Origin: Asterias rubens
Lineage: Eukaryota
Direction: 5' to 3'
NCBI RefSeq assembly: GCF_902459465.1
Contig: NC_047070.1
Span: 10,602,001 to 10,666,000 of the forward strand
DNA: 64,000 nucleotides
Part shown: positions 11,401 to 21,000 of the stretch, piece by piece
Numbering within the stretch: position 1 is the first letter of the stretch
Layout: every line of letters begins with the position of its first letter
Position numbers and translations under genes: made by a program
Notes under the pieces: model-generated
What the model saw: only the letters and a program-made list of their open reading frames with translations
Told to the model about the DNA's origin: nothing
Database searches by the model: none

Positions 11401-14400
11401 AAATATGCCCTTCCACTTCCTCTGAAGATGGTTGTGCTGACGTCAGCAGAAAGCATCCGTGTATGAGGGAGCGTTGTTTTGTGTATCCCTTCTTTTTAAA
11501 AGACAGTCATGGTTGATGGCAGTGCTTCAAAGTTTGCAATCAGATCCGAGGAGTGTCCTTTCATGTGGCATCTTGTGCACTCCTTCATATCACAAGACCC
11601 ATTATGCTATCGCTTCAGATAACCAGTCTGCAAGGCTGCACCAGGAGAGAGCTGTGTTTTGCCTTCTCAGTGCGACACACTTATAACATGTCTGTTTTAA
11701 AGTCGCCCTGGATTTGATACAGATTGGATCTCTGTCACCCCTCAAGTGCTTTAGAAACCCTCTTCATAAGGAGGGAGGGGGGGGGCTGGGAAGAAATCAA
11801 GGTGAGGAAATAAGAGTCTTTGTGAACAAAAAGCGTGATTCACTGAATGGCTAAAGTTTGACAATACTGTTGGGCCAATGTTACATGATATCCAGCATGA
11901 CAAGACGAGGTACAAAATATGGCAGTGCTAAATGAGAACACGAACACAGTGTGTAATGGGATAGGTCTGCAAAGAGAATCCAGATCAATTCATTGAGATG
12001 GGGTACTTTTGTGTCTCTCTTTTTTTTTACCTTTGGGTGGGAAATATGACTTGCTCTCAGCTTTGTGGGGCCAGTCAACAACCAGGCTGCCAAACCGCCG
12101 AAAGCTGGCTGTGATCTCCTCTGCAAAAAACGAAAAACAGAATTTAAGAAAGTTACAATAAGCTTTACCCTCTGCCAAAATACACAGAAAATACTATATT
12201 CTCTGCTGCAGAACTAATTTGTTGCCAGTATGAGAGGAGTGGGTTCATACATGACCTACTTCCATAATGCAATTATTAAAAAAAAGATCCATAAGAGTAT
12301 TTGTAACTCAGCCATGTATATGAGTTGATATTTTCCAAGCACTTCACAAATATAGATGGACGTGCGATATAATTTCCTTCTTTTAGGGGAAACAATTTAC
12401 AGCATGAACAATTGTTCTTGCATACAAAAATTGCTTTGGAAAATATTGTTGTATTTTTTGTTTTGCCTGATGCCTGATCATTCCTACTAAATCCTAACAA
12501 CAAATGCAGTCAACAACCAAAATCAATGGAAGTTGGTTGATAACATTGAACACAAAACTACATGTATCATCAGGTAGACTGTTTCAAAAGTTGAACACAC
12601 GTGTAATCCCAATGCCAAATTTTAGGATCTCTTCTGTGACCTGATGCTCACAGAGCTTGATATGACCAAACATTTGAGAGAGTGATGATATCAAAAATCT
12701 GTCTTCTTAAGCAGCAGAAATTGATCTCACCCATTAATTGTTCCCTGATCGCCACTTGACCTTTTAGGCATGGTAGATTTTGAACACAAAATATAATTAC
12801 TCCTTAATTCTTTCATCAATTCGTACAAGAACCATAACCCTGCTTTAATAACATATCTTTTTTTTTTTTTTTTTAATTACAAAACTAATTTGCGGCAATT
12901 ACAGGATCAATATGAAATGAGAAAGTTTTAGACGTGGGAGAAAAACCCCACTGGGGAAAACCCACGCAATCAAGGCCCAATGTCAAGGCTCCTCTTATTA
13001 AGAGGGCTGTATGTAAGCACAGAATTCCCCAGTAAGCAGAGCCAGGAAATTGGGTCCAGGTAAGGGACTGAAAACCTGATCCATATTCAAGGCTCTGGTC
13101 TGACTGAGGTGGGATTCAAACCAGGGTCCATAGAGGTGAGAGGCAGGGAAAGAAACCACTGATGAGCCAACCAAGTCGGCAATGATGTCATGATCTACAC
13201 CATGCACAAAATATGACCTTCTTTATGGTCTAAGGAACTATTTTAGGAAGTCTAGTTTACACACTAAACGCAATGATGTAATGATCGATATCATGCATAA
13301 AATGTGACCCTTCGTGATTGTCTCAAGGAACTATTTTAGTCTACACATTTATTCCACTAAACACAATTTTGGAAAACAGACATTTAGTTTCATTCGTTGG
13401 GATAGCATCAATGATGGGAGTGTGCCCCCCGTTCAATGCAAAGTGTTGGTTATGGTTCAAGGGAGCCACGCCTAGAATTGATGTAAACTCACCGAAGCAT
13501 TAAAGCATTCGGATATATAAAGCTACGGTAGTGACCAGTGAGTTCTTTCAGGTCGTTCACTGCTGGTTACCCATATTGTTCGTGTTTTCCTTATATGAAG
13601 TTCTGATAGTGTTATGGCTAATGCAGAGGAGCACGGTTCTGCTTTAAGCACTGAGCTTTTGTTTGAAAAGTTTCAGAGTTATTTCGACAAGAAATTCGAC
13701 AAGTTGGCTAACTCCACTATCACAGATGAAACAGCGGTGAAGGAACTCAAAATAAAATTGGAAGCGAAGGAGTTGACCAAGCCCGGTAATTCTGCCCAAT
13801 TGCTGTTTTGTGGACAGCTAGAGATTATTCTAGATAAAATAAAAGTCGCCTTTTTGCAGAAGGGTGATACAGACAAGGTCGTCGAAGCTATTCACGAGGC
13901 TGAGGACCTTTTAGCGGATAGAAAGCAAAAGATCAAGATCGCTGATAGCAGTAGAGCAGGTTGGATCACCATTCAACAGTTAGAGAAGGGCGGCAAGAGA
14001 GACCAGTCTTCCGAAGATCAGAAGAAGGTGCAGATAGCTGAGGACGCTGCTCTCAAAGAATTGGAAGGAAGAAAGAAACAAAAGACTTCGGATAGACGAC
14101 AGCAAGATGGGGTGGTTTTCAAGAATTTTGGTGACCGTAGTCTTTTTCGAGGTAAAACGTTAAATTCCCCCTTTTGTCTTTGGTTGTTTCAAAGGGCATC
14201 TGAATCCTGGCCCTTATCCAAAGTTGTCATTAAAATAATTCAGAAATTGAATCATTTTGTCGTATAGTGTAATCATTGAGGCTGTTCTTAGAATGAAACT
14301 GTTTTTCATGCGGATGAGCGAAGCGAAGGAGCATGAAAATTTAGTTTCATTCGTTGGGATAGCATCAATGATGGGAGTGTGCCCCCCGTTCAATGCAAAG

Positions 14401-17400
14401 TGTTGGTTATGGTTCAAGGGAGCCACGCCTAGAATTGATGTAAACTCACCGAAGCATTAAAGCATTCGGATATATAAAGCTACGGTAGTGACCAGTGAGT
14501 TCTTTCAGGTCGTTCACTGCTGGTTACCCATATTGTTCGTGTTTTCCTTATATGAAGTTCCAGTTTTTCTCGCTGTTTGTATTTTTTCTCATTATACATT
14601 TTAGGCATGCCAAATGATGTGTGTTTCAGCTGCAGAATGCCTGGCCACTGGGCCCGGGAGTGTCCCTACGCAACAGGCCCCCCACTGTCACACCGAGTCC
14701 GATCCCGAGCTCAGACGGCTCTTCCCCTTGGATACAACACTTTCCACTCCAGAGGTGTGTCGGTTCCATGGCAAGCTCCCGCCTTTCATCGAACAGGGTA
14801 CAACTTCCTACCAGCAATTGCGGGAACCACGCCCACAGGCTCATTCAAGCCCGCAGAGTCAATTGCAGCGCCATCAACGTCAGGCTCAAGCGTCTCTTAA
14901 GGTGGCAAGCCTGTCACATAAGTTTGCTGACGTGTTGGAGGTACGATGTGATTATCAGGATAGCAGTATTAAGAATTTAATTTCTGATAAAGTCAATGTG
15001 AAAGGCAGGTTACGAGCTCACTCACAATTTTGGTTTCATATAGGGGCATCATCCATGGTTTTGTCTGTTATCAATGAGGGTTACCGCATTCCTTTCATTA
15101 CATCACCACCATCCATGTTTTTCAAAAATAACAAGTCGGCAATTAAGGAAGATTCCTTTGTGACGGAGACAATTTCAGAGTTATTAAGCTCTGGTAGAAT
15201 AGAAGAAAAATTAAACCCTTCATTTGTTGTCAATCCCCTTTCTGTTGCATATCAGGCATCTGGTAAAAGAAGGTTGATTTTGGATTTGATTAACGTAAAT
15301 GAGTATGTCCCAAAGATGCATTTTAAATTAGATGACTGGAAAGTAGGTCTTCAATTTCTTTCAAAGAATGCTTACTTGTTTTCATTTGATTTGAAATCAG
15401 GGTATCACCACATTGATATCTCTTCCGACTATCAGAAATACTTGGGTTTTTCTTGGATCATAAACAATGTTCGCAGATATTTTGAGTTTACTGTTCTTCC
15501 ATTTGGGTTGTCTTCCGCACCATTATTATTCACCAAGATGATGAAACCACTCGTGACCCACTGGAGATCGTGTGGCATTCTCATTGCCCTGTACTTAGAT
15601 GATGGTTTTGTGGTGGTACCTGCTTCATGTGATAATAACACAAATGATTTTCACATTGCAAGTAAAATCTCCCAACATGTAAAAGTTGATTTGATAAGAT
15701 CTGGTTTAGTTTATAACATGGACAAATCCTGCTGGAATCCTGTTAACCAAATTGTTTGGCTTGGCATGCATTGGGACTCCGTAGAGGGCACTTTGCGAGT
15801 TTCCCAGAGGCGCGTTGATAAAATTCTGCGCACTATCAATGAGTTGACTTCTGCAGACGTTGTCACAATTCGCAAGCTACATTCTTTTGTAGGCCAGATC
15901 ATATCTCTGGGCCCTGTTGTTGGTAATTTAACTAGACTATCCACTAGGAACTGCCAAGTGAAAATATCACAGGCTCATCATGAAGACGATATTATCAAAC
16001 TTGATAATTTGTGCTTGTCAGAAATTGAATTTTGGAAGAGTAATGCTTCAAAAAGAAATGTGCGTTATCTATTTGTTTCCACCAGAGTGAACAAGATAGT
16101 ATGTGGGGATGCAAGTGCAGTGGGATCTGGTGCTATATTATGTAATGATATCCATACAGCTCACAAAAATTGGACTGAAGTTGAGGCAAAAAGAAGTTCC
16201 ACTTGGCGAGAATTGGATACAATACTATTTGCAATTTCATCATTCCTGCCAATAGTATCCAATTCACAACTCAAAATCTTCACAGATAGTCAGTCAGCAG
16301 CTCGTATAGTGGAAGTAGGAAGCATGAAGGTGGATTTACATAGTTTGGCAATTGATATTTTCAATATTTGTATTAATAACAATGTGCGTCTAGAAGTAGA
16401 ATGGATACCAAGAACCATGAATGACAAAGCAGACTTTGTCAGTAGATTGATCGATTTAGATGATTGGATGATTTCAGACAAATTCTTCAGCATAATCAAT
16501 GATACATGGGGTCCTTTCTCAGTTGACTGTTTTGCAAGTTATTATAATGCTAAAGTGTCCCGCTTCTTTTCCAGATTTTGGAATCCAAATACAGCCGGCG
16601 TAGATGCCTTAGCACAGGATTGGTCAAAAGAGAATTGTTTGTTAGTGCCCCCTGTACTTTTGATCCCTAGTGTTCTAAGACATTTGTACTTATGTAAAGG
16701 CAGAGGAGCCCTTGTTTTCCCCTGGTGGCCCTCCTCCCCCTTTTGGCCTTTGTTATGGTCTTGTTACAGAACATGGATTACGGGAATGATAACTCTTGAA
16801 GGTTCAGACATCTTAGAGTTGGGGAATAACAAGAATTCTTATTTGGGCTCAGATACGTTTACTAGTCCAGTATGTGCCATATATATTGATTGTACTGAGA
16901 TTTGATTAAGTTACATGAGTTGATTATTTATTCTTAATTAATTTTCTCTTAATTGCTGTATAGGTCATTCGCAGTCAAGATTTTTGGTCAAGCTTTCCCA
17001 ACAGTATAGACGCATTCAAGGAACAAATTTTTCAGGATATTTTGTTAGCCAAAGCAGAGAGTACTCTAAACAGTTATCTTTATAAATGCAGAGATTTTTT
17101 TCGCTTGGTTGGTTGCTCATAAAATTCCTCTCCGATTCCCAGTTCAAGACACTGTTGTTGCTGCTTTTATCATCGATAAGAGTAATTTGTCGCAATCTGA
17201 AAGTTCAATAATTACGATTTCCGCTGCAATTAAATGGCTTCATTCTCTCCTGAATATCGAGTCAAACCCAGTAGACTCTCCACTACTGAAACAGATTGTA
17301 ATCAGCCAAAGAAAATCACTGCATAAACCCCCAGAGCAGAAGGAACCTTTAACAATTGATCATGTGAGATCTATAGCTGATAAATTCGCTAATCAAGAAA

Positions 17401-18001
17401 GTAGTCTCATACAATTAAGGACGGCTTGTTATGTGACGTTAATGTTTTCTCTTCTGTTCAGACACGATGAGATGGCACAACTAAAAGCATGCCACATCAC
17501 TGAATTAGAAAATCAAGCCGGGTTGAGAATTTTTATTCCCCGTTCTAAAACGGACATTTTTAGAGATGGCAACACTACTTTTCTGTCGTGCACACAGAAT
17601 ACTTACTGTCCAGTAACAATGTTACGTAGATATATGCATCAATGTGATATACAATGTGGCGAAGATGTGTATGTATTTACAGCCTTATCATTTCATTCGA
17701 GCACAAAATCTTACAAACCGGTAAAGCACAAACCTCTTAGTTATACCAGATGCAGGGAAATCTTTTTAGATGCAATGAAACAAATTGGCATAGAGCGTCC
17801 GCAGTCTTTTGGTTTACATAGCATGCGTTCTGGAGGCGCTACTCATTTGGCCAATAAGGGTATATCGGAAGAGTTAATCATGCAGCATGGTAGGTGGAAA
17901 ACCCAACAAGCCAAAAACAGGTACATTAAGCGGGATATAGAAACTCGCTTGGCCTTATCGAGGTCTCTGTGCGAAAAGTAAAGGAGTTAGAATTGATTGG
18001 T

Positions 18002-18062
<61 letters not shown>

Positions 18063-21000
18063 TTCGGTGAAGAGAAATGGACTGAGGACAAAGTTCAGTA
18101 GAGCCTCAAGGGCCAAAGTTTCATGATTGGAACTTGAGAGAGGTGAATTCTTTGTTATTAATGAGTTTTTTGGCCGGACAGATAATCCGAAGAGCCGTAA
18201 GGGCTAAAATTCCTCGGTGGAATTATTGGTGATATTGAATTATGTAATTTCTTTTCAAATAGATTTTCAATTGAAATGTATCATGAAAAATTATGGATTA
18301 TTAGTTTCATATTTAATGAGTTGTCAAAACAGTATTTTGCTTATAATTTAATCTGAATGTTTTTAAAGAAATAATATTATTGTTATAAATTACTCCAGGG
18401 TAATCGGCATCTGAATCCTGGCCCTTATCCAAAGTTGTCATTAAAATAATTCAGAAATTGAATCATTTTGTCGTATAGTGTAATCATTGAGGCTGTTCTT
18501 AGAATGAAACTGTTTTTCATGCGGATGAGCGAAGCGAAGGAGCATGAAACTTCCATGAAAATCTAACGAAGCCCATCCACAAAATACACTGAATACACAT
18601 AATCTATAGGTTTATGCATGTAGTATCAGAACCACAAACCCATTTTTGCAACTGAAGTTAAAGGCAGTGGACACTATTGGTAATTGTCAAAGACTATCCT
18701 TCACAGTTGGTGTATCTCAACATATGCATAAAATAATAAACCTGTGAAAATTTGAGCTCAATCAATCATCGAACTTGCGAGATAATAATGAAAAAAAAAA
18801 CACCCTTGTCACACGAAGTCATGTGCGTTTAGATGGTTGATTTCGAGACATCAAGGTCTAAATCTGAGGTCTCGAAATCAAATTTGTGGAAAATTACTTC
18901 TTTCTCGAAAACTATGGCACTTCAGAGAGAGAGCTGTTTCTCACAATGTGTTATACCATCAAACTCTCCCCATTACTTGTCACCAAGAAAGGTTTTATGC
19001 TAATAATTGTTTTGAGTAATTACCAATAGTGTCCACTGCCTTTAACAGTAAATACGTACCAAAATAAAACAACTCACAAAATGAGCTTGAAGTTAATAAA
19101 TATTTCTCACAGTAAACTAAAGTTGACTTGTCAACCAAAGTTAATATTAATCAGAGCAAACAGATCAGCTTATTGGTGGATCCGTGCCTCTTATTTTTAT
19201 ATCGTAGGCAGACATTTTGCTGGCACACTTAAAGTAATCTTTCTGATTCAATATGTCCTAAACGAAAAAATACATGGATCACAATCTGGATCGTTTAATT
19301 CAGAGTCAACCCACGCTCTTTCTACCCACCTTCATCAATATCAGGAGGTAATCCACCCACAAACACTTTCCTTGAGAACCTTTCAATTCCATAGTCCGGG
19401 TTCGATCGGGGTGAAATATGACCCGGCGAACTCAGGGATGGAACAATTTGATCATGGCGGCCATCATCCAGCAAACCATCTGCAATTAACAAATAAATGT
19501 AGTTTTCATTAACATACAGATTGGATATCACTTCTGTTTGGAGTGAAATTTGAAATTTAAAAACAGGGCATCACAAACGCAATCAAAAATATAAAATTAT
19601 TAATTAAAGCCACAATTTATTTATTTTATTTCAAAGAGAACCCGACATTATAACAAATTTAGCAATTATGCACTATCCTAAATGCATTGATAGTTAAATA
19701 TTCCACAACAAACTTGATAGTGAAAATAATGTGTAAATTTATTGTCAACAAAACATCAATATACGATGAAATTATTATCACAAAAGAGATATGGTCATCG
19801 TAAGGTGCCATTCAAATTATTATAGTCAATGTTTTTTAACATTGACAAGAAGAAGAAGAAGAAGAAGAAGAAATACCCAGCTGGCCAAGATCATCATCAT
19901 TTGTGACTAAACCACACAGCTCGTTTGTTAAAGACACGAAAAACCATTAAAAATGCCTGATGTTAGAGATCTTTTGTCTAATACATATAGTTCAGATGAG
20001 GCATAATTACTTTGTTCTTCTGTAATATAATATTATAATATGAAGAAGCCATTCAACATTTAAAGATCTAAATTTGGGGCAGTTGACTAGGTGGGTCAAA
20101 CTAATTCAGAAAAAAACAATCAACATTTTAGAACATTAACAAATCTGAATGGCCCCTTTAATGGATATTTCTAATAATAAAAATGCTTAATATTTCTGTC
20201 AAGAATATTATATAAGTGTACTGCACACATCTACCTGTGCATAAAACAAAAGCCATTGCACACACTTTCTCGTTTCCTCTTTCGTAGTCACATGAAAAGC
20301 AATATTTTAAGTGGCTGAAGAGATGAAGATTTATGCCGGTGGTTGCATGTACGCAATCGGATTTCCCTGGCAACTAAATGTTAATCACACTGCTCAGCCA
20401 GGGCCAGCTGTTTTATCTTATTTGCTAGGGCTGCAATAATACAAACGATGTATGACACCGAGATAATACAGTGTACATGAATATTGTGTTTTTGTAGTTG
20501 GCTGCTGAAAATTGCAAAACAGACGAATGCGCAATTTCCCTCTATATATTTACAGTTGGGTGTAGTTACAATTTACATAACTAGATATAGAAACATATTG
20601 TACCTGCCCTTAGAATATTCGGATATCATTTAATTCAATTCAAAAAAACTTATTTCAAGAAACTGCTAATTAAATAGCATTCCCCATCCAAAAGTCTAAA
20701 GCGTAAAAAACCTTGGTACATCTAAAAAGAAAAAAAATTTAAAAAAAGGACACCGCACCGTAGAAATTGTAATGATTTTTCTTTTAGCAACAAAACACCA
20801 GCTGGTGCGTTTCCATGCACAAGAAAATATAATGTGATTATCACACCTTTCTGTGGTGGTAATTAGGTTGTTTTTTGTGCCACAGCTTAGATACGTACGT
20901 ATAAATACACACAACATCATGGGAAAATACAATCTGGATATTAGTCATACAGTAGTACGTACAGTATAAATTTAATCATTTTGAAAATATGTGTATTGTC

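Larger units (their letters stand above)
13382..18549 (+). mobile_element. Tyrosine-recombinase retrotransposon (DIRS order, PAT-like, split direct repeats), 5168 bp, near intact
   Basis: Encodes gag with a CCHC knuckle, RT/RNase H/methyltransferase-like pol, and YR. Bounded by split direct repeats A1 13382-13603 = A2 14339-14560 and B1 14195-14338 = B2 18406-18549. No integrase or protease seen. Confidence 0.93.

Noticed and set aside
11435-11448. CRE palindromes (TGACGTCA at 11438, 22999, 52390, 54393) as CREB enhancers
   Set aside because: Four 8-mers in 64 kb without clustering or conservation data is too weak to call.
13370-13385. Target-site duplication for the retrotransposon
   Set aside because: Only a possible 1-2 nt match (AC) with the right flank. 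This is not significant, and YR elements are not expected to make TSDs.
14310-14340. Hammerhead-like motif CGGATGAG-CGAAG-CGAAG in repeat B
   Set aside because: Two conserved core positions deviate (CUGA reads CGGA; GAAA reads GAAG) and no stems I/III were found.
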